Positions 48,949 to 60,226 of a DNA stretch of 64,000 nt are shown here, in pieces. The position numbers and the translations under genes were made by a program. The DNA comes from Amoebophrya sp. A120 (lineage: Eukaryota > Protista > Dinoflagellata). The DNA lies in the NCBI GenBank assembly GCA_905178155.1, contig CAJINV010000009.1, positions 2,147,373-2,211,372 on the forward strand, in the 5' to 3' direction. Position 1 is the first letter of the stretch; every line of letters begins with the position of its first letter. Under the pieces are notes generated by a model, which had not been told where the DNA came from, did not search any database, and saw only the letters and a program-made list of their open reading frames with translations.

Positions 48949-50686
48949 TTACTCCTTCGGCGGAATTCTCTTGGTCTTGTGGCGACGGAGCCGTAAAGAT
49001 TCGTCGTGCGGTTCCCCCAAAACCGACCGAATGTGGTGCAGCTTGACGTCGCCTCCCTGGCTGTAGGGCAGCGCGAGGTCGTTGGCTGTTGTGAAAGAAA
49101 GTAGAACAGATTAAATTCATGCTCGATACAAAAAAGATGCTTATTTTGCCTTAGCTTTACTTCTACAGGTAATCTGGCTGACAAAGCGAAGATAGAGGAA
49201 ACTCATGACAAAATTACTGAGATGACCAGGTCCAGGTGCACATCACACACGACTTATTATACCGACAGCGTGGCCGTAGTGCCAGTTTTTCTTCCCGAGC
49301 ATTTCGGTGACGCAGCCCTCGGACCGGTTGTGCTGGATGCGGCTGCCCAGGTTTTCGAGGTAGCCGTCGTGCTCGCGCAGCGTTGCCTCGTACTTCATGT
49401 TGTTGCGGGACTTGTGACCGTGCTTCCTGTCCTGCACCAGGTGCTCCCACGTGTTGGTACTTGACCCCTCGCAGCCGGGCCAGTACCGAAAGTTCAGTAT
49501 GCAATGCAAAAGCATCGCACTAGTATAAATTGCATTACAAATTTTCCCAAGAACAAAAATGCAACTTGTCATGCTATTTCAGGTAGAAAGTTGGATTTGT
49601 CATGCACCGCTGCAATTACTACGAGTACGATACTTTTGCAATGCATATTCAGGTCCATGTCGCGGATCGAGGCGATCGGCAGCGCCGACTGGCTGCGGTC
49701 GTATAGCCGTTCCTGCGTTATGGGAGTGTCAGAATCGAAATCGACAAAGTCGGAAAATTTGTAATGCATAACACGTAGGGCACGCATGAGCTGTGTTGGG
49801 GACCAGGCAAATAAGACTGATTGAAAGCCTGCAGTATGCAATGTGCTGCCACAGTAGCACTACAGGCGGACTCTTCTTTGCCTAAACAGCATGACAAACT
49901 GGATTTAGGTACTGCCAAAATTTGTCATGCACCACTTGAAAACTGGGCTCCAACTGGTATCGATTTTATGCATCGCAAATTTTTCGATTTTGTCGATTTC
50001 GATCCTGACATTCCCATATGCGTCTTCGGGTTGGTAAACTTCTCTTCGTACTGCCCGTCCGCGAAGTTCGTTTTCGCCAGGTCGAAACTCTGGTGTGACT
50101 TCGAAAAGTACCTGGTGGTGTTGTGAGGTATTCGATAGTACAGAAGGAAAAATACGTTGCTGGACAATCTATAAGTAACTGTAGTACTAGTGTGCGAAGC
50201 TGCATACTAAAAACACATAACATTCAGAAATAGGCATATCAGGGATGTTTCTCGGGACATGATGGCCGCTCGCGCACTCATGTGCGGCGTTAAAAAAAAA
50301 TCATGAGTACGTGGTAGATACGTACCTCTTCCATTTCAAATCTGGCTTTCCTGCCTTGCCGCCCCGGAGGTTCAGTTGCCAATTTATTTCAGAATACCCA
50401 CCCCCGGAAACCCGCATCGTGGCAGCTGAAGATCATATTGTTGATAGTTGTAAGAGATGATAATCATGAAAATCAATGAATCTATCAGAACTCGCAACTG
50501 AACTTCCGCCTCAGAAAGTAAGTAAGTAGGTTTTTTCCGAGATGAAACAAAAAGCACTTGCAATTTAAGTTTAAGAGTCAAAACCTGCATATCGTGACGC
50601 AACTACAACATGTACATCGATAAGATACCATTCTGCAGCATGGGTCTGGTGTCTGCAAAGTTTCCGTATTTCTCATTGGCAAACAT
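48949..50686 (-). CDS. Hypothetical ~227-aa protein; exons 50686-50629, 50425-50326, 50111-50019, 49713-49648, 49492-49263, 49085-48949
   Basis: Three GT-AG introns (50426-50628, 50112-50325, 49086-49262) plus two TIR elements give a continuous 684-nt frame (MFANEKYGNFADTRPM...YSEINWQLNLRGG...KTKRIPPKE*). The 5' end is uncertain. Confidence 0.7.
49498..49647. mobile_element. 150-bp introner-like element (~37-bp imperfect TIR, 5-bp TSD TTCAG)
   Basis: TATGCAATGCAAAAGCATCGCACTAGTA versus reverse-complemented right end TATGCATTGCAAAAGTATCGTACTCGTA. TTCAG at 49493-49497 and 49648-49652. Removing 155 nt joins DMDLN|FRYWPG. Confidence 0.88.
49719..50018. mobile_element. 300-bp introner-like element (~53-bp TIR, 5-bp TSD TGCGT), homologous to 29102-29420
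   Basis: TIR TATGGGA(G/A)TGTCAG(A/G)ATCGAAATCGACAAA...ATGCATAA. TGCGT at 49714-49718 and 50019-50023. Removing 305 nt joins NPKT|QERLYD. Confidence 0.9.
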
Positions 50687-51646
50687 TTCGCTCTCTGGTG
50701 GGATCTGCTCCGAGCGACTGCGCCATCTGCTCTGATACGGCCCCTCTTCGGGAGGAGTGGTGTGGCTTGGCTTGTCTCGTGGAGAATGCGCTGCGAAACC
50801 ATCGCCGCTCCCTGCACGCGTCTGCTGCTTCCGCGGATAGTGCTGATTTGTTCGTTTTAGAGTTTAGAATGAACATGGACATGCCCCCCCTTCTATTTCC
50901 AATCGTAATCATTTTTCGGAAAAACAGACACTACACCTTTAAGTCTCACATACCTGCCTCAGCGTGTAAAGCCAGTCCAGTCGATTCCTTTCTGTGTTTG
51001 CCGCCTGTCGTAGGTCATTGTAGTTGCGGGAGGCGTAGTGCTTCGCACCCAAAATATCGGGATTTACTTCCGTCATTTTTTTCTTTTTCGCCTTGCCTTA
51101 AGAACTCGCGGCAGAAGACTAAAAAAACTTATTTTTTACGAAGTTTTACTTTTGAAGCGGATCGCGATCGTCCCCTGACGTTCGTTTTTCACTATATTTT
51201 TTCTTCCCTGTCGTGGTCTTTGAAATTCTAATTCTCTCTTCCCCCCACAAAAAAAATCTGCACCTGTAGTTTCGTAGTAGGATTAAATTATTGTTCTGAT
51301 GTCGTACCTAGAAGATCAAACGTAAAAACTAGTACTGCAAGAACCAACGATTTGCTTCTTCCAACAGGAGCTCTGATATGACGATAAGCACTAGGTGGTA
51401 GAAGGCACCCACCGATAACGACATCACGAGTTTCCAGAAGTATGCCAAGCAAGATCAAAATAGAAAAACGCCCGCCCGGCACTACCGATTCCCTATTGAA
51501 ATTGTATATTGAAAACATGAACATCCTGTCAAGTTGTAGTACTATGTATCTCGCGAAAAAAAATCCGGAGCTGACGCGTATCATTAACGAAGTGGACTGA
51601 TTTCCCCATCCCCAGACACGGATGCATATTACTCATGCAGAAATAG

Positions 51647-51677
51647 CATCATCATCATCATCATCATCGTCATCATC
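51647..51677. repeat. (CAT)n microsatellite
   Basis: About 10 CAT units with one CGT interruption. Confidence 0.8.
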
Positions 51678-52560
51678 TATCCATCCTGCGCTAAAAAACA
51701 CACATTAAAGTGGCTGCAGAAATTGAAAATATGTTTCCGCTTTTGTGGACCCCACACGCACTAGAAACGAGACACTGAACGCTTCGACCGTGAGCGATGT
51801 GATGTCGTCGTTTTTGTGTTACTTCTTGAAACAGAATCGACGAAACAAATCTTCCATCCTTGGTTTCTTTTTTTTCTTCGATCGAAAGACGTGTTCAACT
51901 TCAACATTATAAACAGGCATGACATCCGCGAGCGTTCAACTCGGATTCAACAAGCAACAATTATTCTTCAAAAGGTCTCTCAACTACTCGTCCTAGTCCA
52001 GCACTACAACTTCAACAACAAGTTCTTCGTTACCTTGTTACCGGTCATCCGCTCGTCCACAACTTCAGCTACGAGCTGCCGCGGTGGTCGAGTTACTCCC
52101 CGGGGCCGCAGTACATCACACAAGGATAAGCGCACGGCGACTTCTGTAACAAATACTATTGCGAAAGTCTAGGCTCCTACTTGTTGGTGTGCAGCGAGTC
52201 CGAGTACGACTCCGAGCAGGCATTGATATATCAGTAACGACTAGTAGTACCTGTCACACTCTCATCGCTTTTTACATTGTTCATTCGGGTTTCATTTCGG
52301 GTTGGAGTGGTTTCGTTTTGATGTGCTCGTCCGATGTTTCGCTTCGATTTTGCTGTCTCAAAGGAGAAGAAACTTGAGTTTATTTCTTGTTTCTCCCATA
52401 ACAAGAAAAGACTAAGATGATGGAGCAGTAGCTGCAACGTCATCACTGCAAACAAAGGTGCGTAATAGTCGTAGCCCTGCAACTGCGTATAATATTCCAC
52501 TTCGTCCTCGTGGTCCTCTCGGTGATGTTCCTCATCTTCAGCTTTTCCACCAGCTTATCC

Positions 52561-53914
52561 TCATCGAACGAGCAACATTTTGCAGCTGTCCACGGCGTGG
52601 GCCAGGTTGGTAGATGAGAAGGTGTGGGTAAATGCAGGTGATGGTGGCGTCGCCCGGCCGCCGGCGCAAGGGTTTCTCTCCACGATGTCACTGAGGTAGT
52701 AGCATTGTCCGATTACCTTCGTGAGCAAAAAGTCTGCAATCAACCCGCCGTCGGTGTTGGCCGGAAGGAAGCGTCGCTGCAGCAACGAGAAAAAGTTCTC
52801 CTGATGCGAGTTGCGGTGCAGCATCGTCGACAAGGACACGCGCTCGGACTCCAGCAAGCACTGCAGGAGGGTGCACAACCGGTCGCGCACCTGCGGCCAG
52901 CCCAGGTCCAGGAAGGGCTCCAAGCACTCAAAGATGTAGGTAAAAATCGTGTTCCGGGTGGAGTACGCCGTCGCCTGGTCAACCGCGTTCAAATTCGAGT
53001 CGAACATGTGAAAAATGATCACCCGGCACTTCTCTTCCTCATTCGCGCTCTTTACGAGCTCGCGCCACAAAAACTCTTGGGGACCTGAAAACAAGAGTAG
53101 ACCTGGATATCAGAGAATTTCTACTCCAAGTATAACGTACCACTTAGCTAGCGGTCACAACCCCCGCTAGGAAGTACTAGCAAGAGCCCGTCTCTGTTCA
53201 TCCTGATCAGCAAATTTGTTCGACTTCGAGTTCGAAGATCTGATACACTGCACCAGCCTAATTATTTTATCACTTGAAGTTGTTCAAAAAAACTTATCCT
53301 TATGACTAAACGAGCTAAAACTATGTTTACATACCGCAGCACAATGCGGAGAATTCTGGGAGGGTCCGTATACAGAAGCCACATTGGAAATCGCAGGTGT
53401 CAAGCAGCAGGTCCTCGCTTTCAAGCACAGCGCCGGTTTCTCGATGAAACAGCACGCACAAGGAGACAGGCACCGGGTGTCGCACGAATCCCATCGCGTG
53501 TACCAACTTGGCGACGTCGGCTAGTACGTCCTTTACCTTTGTGGATGCTGGCAAAGCGTCCGGCAGCGCACACACATCACCCGATAACCCGACTACGAGT
53601 CGCAGCGTATAGAAGATCTCTTCATCGGGATCCGCATGTTGACGTTGTTGAGGACGACTTCGTGATTCGCGGCCTCCACGATGCTGGTGCTCCACCTGCG
53701 CTTCTAATCTTTGTGAACTCGCCGGGGACGGTGGGACAACCCCAACCCCTGCTGTTTGTGGGATCCTGCTCGTTCGTCCGGATCCGCAGATCTGTCGATC
53801 GTCCTCAAGAGTTGCAGCAAAATCGTGAAGATCCTGTGATGTGTCCCCTGTCCAGGATGGGCCAAGCATGATCCCACCGTCGTCGCCGCCGCGGGAGACT
53901 CGGCTTGCCGTCAT
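52561..53914 (-). CDS. Hypothetical ~367-aa protein, possible ubiquitin-like domain; exons 53914-53335, 53084-52561
   Basis: GT-AG intron 53085-53334 joins ALCC|GPQEFLW in frame. LRLVVGLSGDVCAL...ASTKVKDVLADV loosely resembles a beta-grasp pattern. Both ends uncertain. Confidence 0.6.
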
Positions 53915-56843
53915 GGTGCGTCACCGTCCACTTCCTCCCAGATGGAAATGGCAGAAAGTTCCGACAGATGAATCTGCCTCTGAAAAGTGGTCGTGACGAT
54001 GATGCAGTAACAATGGCTTTGAAAAAGGTGCGGGAGTGTTCGTTCACCTTCTTGACGTGGGACGCCACGAACAGTCGCGGAAGCTGGTGCTACAGTTACT
54101 TCAGCAGACGACGCGCCCCCGCTGGACACGGGTGGAAGATTGATGTTGTTTTTTGTTGATGTACCCTGGTTCGTCACATCAACGCCGTCGAAAGGAAAAC
54201 GCAAATCTTGACGATGAAACTGAAAACGGTCGTGGCGATGTGGCTCCTCCTGCAAAAAAAAATGACTGCAGGTTTCCACCTGCTCCTCCTGTCCGTGCAG
54301 CGCCGATAAGACTACAGGCAGCAACTGCCGCAGAGCCACGGTTTCTTCGAAGATCCCGGATGGACGACGATTGCTTATTCTCTGTGCGAGTCATCAGGCG
54401 CCACAGAAAACAGCAAGGCTTGACTTTGTGAGACCGTCAACGTCCCCAACCTCCTGAACTTGCTCCGCTCTTATCCGTGCGAATAATGAGTAAAAACAGC
54501 ACGACGGACGGCAAATTCTTCTGAAGATTCTTCTCGTTTTAATTTGATTATGGCCGCAGCGGTAGCTGGCTCGGGCTTCTCCAAGAGAAATTCTGCTCGG
54601 AGTCGGTACTACATCTTACCTATCATCGCTGTTGTAGGACACTTACCCTGGGGAACAAAGGCCGCCAAGTTGCAAATGACCTACAAGCGAGTTTGTTTGG
54701 TGCAGCGGTTCTTAGCGTCGTGGTGTCCGCACGAGCTTCTCTGAAAACAACTGCAGTAGGTACTACTACAGCTGCCGCTGAGACAGCTCGCGCCACACAG
54801 CGCAACTACACCCGGAGCTCCTGAGCGCTGAAGGCTCCACCCTTCAAAATTTCAAAAAAAAAAGCTATATAGATATCAAGGTCAGGTCACATTTCTTTGT
54901 AAGTTAATGGGTGGCGAAAAAAACTTCACGCATATTTGAACCACAACGAAGACCACACGATGAATGGACGACCACGATAGGGATAGCAGGGATAGCGGGC
55001 ACGAGTCGAGTTATTTTCGCGCGTAGAACTTGATGAAGAAAGGTTTAAGTACTCAACATATGTCAATTGATAAAGAGCTATATTGCGAAGAAAACAAACT
55101 CAAATATAAATCCCAGAGGGACGTCTGAATTTTTGCACTGTAGCGAGAAGGCGAGCTGGTCTTTTCGCGAAGAGCGCGAAAACAACGCGAGAACCCATAT
55201 CGTAGTACGGCTCTTTTCGGTTTTCGCTCCGCCCTCTTTACGATTTTTTCACTCTTGTTCACAATGCTCTTCCGTGTTTACGAATGGTTATGCGACGCTC
55301 AATCCACTTTGTACAACATGACGAACAACGTCACGTCTGCGCTACTTACGTCTCCTGACGGTCGTGGATCTTCATCTTTCTGCTGCAACTGCATGTTGCT
55401 AGGTTAATGAAAACCAAGTAGTGGCGTCCCCGATTAGCTTCGAGCCGTACATACTGTAGCTGTCGCCGGCAGATGTATTGGTGAAGTGAAAGAGAAAGTG
55501 AAAGAGTGCAACAAGAACAAAAAAATATGCAACCTTGGTGTTCTCTTCCTTCCGTAAGTGAAACCTACACGTTGCGCGGCTGGTCAACCTTCACCTTCTA
55601 ACTATCTGTATTCCCTAATATTCTACGACTAGTGCCGAACGCTCGCTCTTTGATGAGCGTAGAAGTGTAAATCTTATGTGATTGTGGTAGAAAAAATCCC
55701 CGTCAAACCATGCAGAGGCAGAGTACAAGTTTAAGTTGCGAAAAGAAATAGCATGGTGTAACAAGAACCAACCGCAAGCACGACTCTGCCTTTTACTTCT
55801 TCAAGTCTGCTTCACGGGAAAACGTGTATCACCCCCTTTTTGATCAGTTCCATCGAAGGGTCCGCTTTCCCATCCTGTAAAAACACGGCACTGGTCATCA
55901 AGCAAATCAGAGGTTGTGTTTAGCTTTTTCCTGCCAGAACATTGCTGGTAAACTAAAACTGCCAGCACGTCTACTTAGCGTAACACGTACACGTTGCTAT
56001 CTCTTGTGAAGGATAAGGAGACGATCTCCATCTTCTCAAAAACAAAACATATTCGATACTTCCACCTTGATATTCGTCTTGGACATCTTTCTTTTGATCG
56101 GACATCATGCAAGCTTTTCATTATTTTAACAGAAGAAGTCGCGAAAAAATGCGTGACCCAAAAACATACCATAGGAAAAAACTGCCTCAAAATTAATCAT
56201 GCGAAGTTGAGAGATCATGCGGAGTGAAAAAGGGGAGGCGCAGCGCTGTTTAGAGGCGAGGACACCCGAGCACCTTGCTGATGCTTATTTCGTCTCTTTA
56301 TGTTTTCTAGTGTTGAGTGTGTGGCGGACGCAGGTCGCATGGCCACGACAACGCCGCTTACTAGACCTACGCTGCTTATTCATCCTTTGTAAGCGGTGAC
56401 GTTCGTGGTCATGATACACCAAGACGTAGGTAGCAAAGGACCACCTCCGAAGCCCACCCACGCCCGCTAGGCTATCAAGAGAGAAAAATTAAAATACGGA
56501 AATAAGAAAAAAATCCGGCATTCTCGAGGAATTGACTTTGCTGCATATTTTGTTAACATGAAATCATGAGCACATGAGTTTTTGTTCATCGGACAGAAAA
56601 AGGAACAACATCGACTTCAATAGGTATTCATCGAGCAAGAAGGAGAGAAAAATTAGATTTAGATTATGAAAATTGAAATTCTACATTATGCACATGGAGA
56701 CGGAAGTCAGTCAAAACATGAAAGAGTTACAAAAATGACTTCCACGTACGTACAAGAGGCCGCGAAGACATCGTCCGCAATGCCCCCCACCTGCTCTATT
56801 GATCTCAAGAACGAAATCGTAAATGCGAGCCTAATAAGCTTCC

Positions 56844-59063
56844 TCAATGTATCTCCATCATATCATCAAGCTGAGAGCGGTCACTCGACAGCCCCGTCGC
56901 ATCACCGTCAGCTTGTTGATTTTTCTTTTCGATTATTGGCTCTACAGCAGGTGCTGCAGGCGGATTTGGTAAATCATCATGCAGGCCAACATCAGACGAC
57001 ACGGGCGGACTAAAAGGCAGAGCCTCCAAGACTGGTGGCGCGCTCGGTGGGGGTGGGGAAACTCGAGCTGCGGGCTGCGAGGACATGAAGGAAGATGCAG
57101 AAAGTGATTCTGCAGCAGCTCCTTCATCGGCATCTCCATGATCCTGCGGTGGCGGTTGCCCCTGTGGAGGTTTCCTTTTGTTTTGAATCTTTTGCATCTC
57201 CCATGTCGTTGTCGATGCTGGTGCCCATCGCTGGTGCTCATGTTGGAAATCTGCTAGCGAGAGCGACGCAAGCCGGACACCAAGAGCAGGGTCGTAGTTG
57301 CTTCCGCTGATTTCCTGAGGACTTGGGGTCGGCCCCCACCAGCGATCCTGTTCGACGTGCCCCCCAGGATGCTCTGGCCCAACGTCACTTGGTGATCCGC
57401 CACCATACAGCAGGTCACGATCATCTTGATTATCTCCCAGTTGTTCTCTTGTTGTCCTCGGCACTCTGCTCGTGTCGAATGTACCCATGACAACATCTTG
57501 ATCTTCGTGGTCCCCCTCACCGTCCTGCTCGCCCGCTCCTGGTAAATGGACGTTGACATGATCATCCTGCGACTGTCGCATGTTCAGCATCTCAACGTCC
57601 AGTGCACGTTCGGGGGATGAAGAACCGTCCTCACTCGACAGTTCGGAACGAGCAGTCGTCACGGGTGAACGTTCCCCGTCTAGTACTTCGTCACTGTTGG
57701 GAAGAGCGACATCCCCGTTGCTCCGTCGAACACGATCATGTAGTACATGCAACTGTTTCAATTTATTTTCCTGTCGTGCCGGATATTGATGAGCATGAAG
57801 ATCCACAGCAGCCGCGAAACCTGTCGTCCCGGCGCCTTCTTCAGACGCAGATAAAGACAGTGAGGAGGCAGATAGTGGCAAATTCGATGCACCACCACCC
57901 GGAACGAACAAAGGCGTCACGCTGGAATGATCTTCAACTGCATGCGAGCTCGTCGAAAACCGTTCATGATTTCCTGAACAGGCAGCAGCACATTGGAGCA
58001 TCGTCAACAACTGCTGCTGCTGCTGCCCGTCGGCCTGAGGCCAGGGAGTAGGTGTAAAAGTAAATGGCTGCGTCTTTCCATATACATGCTGCAGCGGTCC
58101 TTCAACAGAAATCGGAATCGCGTCGGGATGAAGCGCCTGCTGGCCGAAAGAACACGACCGTGCCCATGTCTGGGACAAATCGCTTTTCGACGCTGCTAAA
58201 TAACTTTGCATCGCTTCATTCTGGACTGCCGCTTCCTGCTCCGTGAAAACACCGCAGCTCGGAAGCGAGTGCTCGTGCTGCTGCTGCGGATGATCATATT
58301 GCTGCATCCTACTCACACCAGTCGTGGTCTCCGGTGCCATGTTGATGATGCCTGCTGCAGTGGGTGTTTGCGCTGACGGTACACTCTGATGCGGAACAAA
58401 GATTGGGGCGCTCGCAGACAGCTTCTGCCTTGTTGCTGACATGGAAGAGCCTGCGAATGATTCTACTCCGACTGTAGCTTCATTTGTTGCAGGAAAAATA
58501 TCACTTTCACTACCAGCAATTGCGTTTCCATGCTGTTGCTGTTGCTGCGCTTGCGTCGTTTGAAGAAGGTCGCAAAGTTGGCGCTTTGTTTCCTCCAGTG
58601 CGGCGAAATTTTCCCAAAACGCTGCATGAAGCTCCGCTGCCAAGTTCGGGTTCCATGGTGGACGGAGCTCGTCTGCGGTTTGGTCCGACGGAGCCCCTCC
58701 TTGTGCTGGCTGTGGCTGGTGCGATTGATTAAGAAAAGCAGCGCAGTAGCCTTCGTTGCAGCTTCCGAATTGGTGCATCATTTGCTGCTGACAAGCTGCG
58801 TCTTGTTCCTTGCACTGAAGGTACTCGAGTGCTGCATTGCTGTTGTTTATCTGCATCTGCTGAGGAACGTCACATAACCCGCACACATTTGCAAGAAGGC
58901 CTCGCGCAACCTCTTCCGGTAGTGGGTGACTTTGCCAGCGTGCGACTCCTCGCAAGTACGCTTCGATACCTTTTGTCGCCTTTTCCCTACGGTCTCGTGA
59001 CGAGCTCAAGTCGTTCTTCTGCAGGAAATTGCTCTGGAGAAAGCTTTTTGCAGCGATGTTCAA
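56844..59063 (-). CDS. Gln/Ser-rich hypothetical protein with a PAM2-like motif
   Basis: 739-codon ORF with motif QKLSASAPIFVP. The track start is TTG, so the real start is probably in a short upstream exon. Confidence 0.65.
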   Translation of the reverse strand: MNIAAKSFLQSNFLQKNDLSSSRDRREKATKGIEAYLRGVARWQSHPLPEEVARGLLANVCGLCDVPQQMQINNSNAALEYLQCKEQDAACQQQMMHQFGSCNEGYCAAFLNQSHQPQPAQGGAPSDQTADELRPPWNPNLAAELHAAFWENFAALEETKRQLCDLLQTTQAQQQQQHGNAIAGSESDIFPATNEATVGVESFAGSSMSATRQKLSASAPIFVPHQSVPSAQTPTAAGIINMAPETTTGVSRMQQYDHPQQQHEHSLPSCGVFTEQEAAVQNEAMQSYLAASKSDLSQTWARSCSFGQQALHPDAIPISVEGPLQHVYGKTQPFTFTPTPWPQADGQQQQQLLTMLQCAAACSGNHERFSTSSHAVEDHSSVTPLFVPGGGASNLPLSASSLSLSASEEGAGTTGFAAAVDLHAHQYPARQENKLKQLHVLHDRVRRSNGDVALPNSDEVLDGERSPVTTARSELSSEDGSSSPERALDVEMLNMRQSQDDHVNVHLPGAGEQDGEGDHEDQDVVMGTFDTSRVPRTTREQLGDNQDDRDLLYGGGSPSDVGPEHPGGHVEQDRWWGPTPSPQEISGSNYDPALGVRLASLSLADFQHEHQRWAPASTTTWEMQKIQNKRKPPQGQPPPQDHGDADEGAAAESLSASSFMSSQPAARVSPPPPSAPPVLEALPFSPPVSSDVGLHDDLPNPPAAPAVEPIIEKKNQQADGDATGLSSDRSQLDDMMEIH

Positions 59064-59354
59064 ATTCGGATCGGCTTCCCGCCCTGTTTAATGTGTTGAA
59101 CATGTTTATGTACTTAAGTACTTAAAATTTTTGGACAAACAAGGCACATGGCTGCCTGAAGAAAACCAAAACGAAAAGGCTGCAGAAGAATGGCTTATAA
59201 ATGAATTCTCATTTCGCCATCTTCTTCTCCCCGTCGCCGCGGCCGCGATTTGCAAAAATACAAGGCGCCACAAGTAATGGGATCGGGAATGGAACAATCC
59301 ATCGCATTACCAGCCAAGAAGCAGGTCTATAACGTATGAAAATGAATGAAATTG

Positions 59355-60205
59355 TATACAGAATATATTAACTAGCAAAATTCTGGCACTTTTAGCAATA
59401 TGACATATGACAATATTACAATATGTCAATATGACCACTACTTTTTGAGCAATATGACCGGACCCATCGGCTTCGGGGACCGAAAGATGGCCTGACAATG
59501 ACACGCCGTCTTCGCCCCCCGTCTAATTCGTTCGCGAAAACGCCCCCGACGGTCGATAGCCTTACCGCCACCCAGCTGCTCCTATACGAAGAAGGGACTC
59601 CACCCGGGCTGCCCACTCGTCGCCGCGAGTCCCCTACTAGCCCTAGGAGACCAACACGCGGGAACTGCTTGAAAATCAATGTGGTTTGACACAGTTTCGG
59701 TGTGATTAGATGCGCTACCCTCAGAAGCAGAAAGACTGTAATCAGCGCCAAACTGTTTAGCCAGGTGGTCGGGCGCGGGAATAGTTCCCGAAAAAGCACT
59801 CTCCGATGATGCTGCGCCAGCAGCAACCTAGTACATGACTCTGCAGTCCTGTCGAGCCGCTAACGGCAGAGACAGTGCCTGTGCCATCAATAGCGTGCCA
59901 GGAGTGCGCTCAACGCTGCGCCAGGGCGTTGGCAACATGCTCCGGAGACGAGAAACCTACGAGGCGCATAGCTGGTATCTGCACAAACTGCACAACGGCG
60001 CGCGGTCCTAATGGCCGCATAGTCCGCAAGCAGCTCGGACGGGGCCAATTTTCATCCGCGGGGCTGTCGCGAGCAATATGCAATATGACAATATGACAAT
60101 ATTACAATATGATAATGCTACTTTTTTGGCGTTTCGGTGCGCTGTTGTTGCCAAGTGTCATATTGATTAATATGTGTCATATTGCTAGTTAATATATTCT
60201 GTGTA
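59355..60205. mobile_element. ~850-bp MITE-like element with TIRs and subterminal CAATATGA(C) repeats, intergenic or 3' UTR
   Basis: ACAGAATATATTAACTAGCAA near 59358 is inverted exactly near 60182-60202. CAATATGAC/CAATATTAC clusters at ~59397-59458 and ~60074-60184. No clean TSD (AATTG vs TATTA). Confidence 0.75.
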
Positions 60206-60226
60206 TATTATGCAAGTGGATATGAA

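Noticed and set aside
55400-56190. Possible small multi-exon gene in the intergenic gap
   Set aside because: Candidate splice phases lead to early stops; no support.
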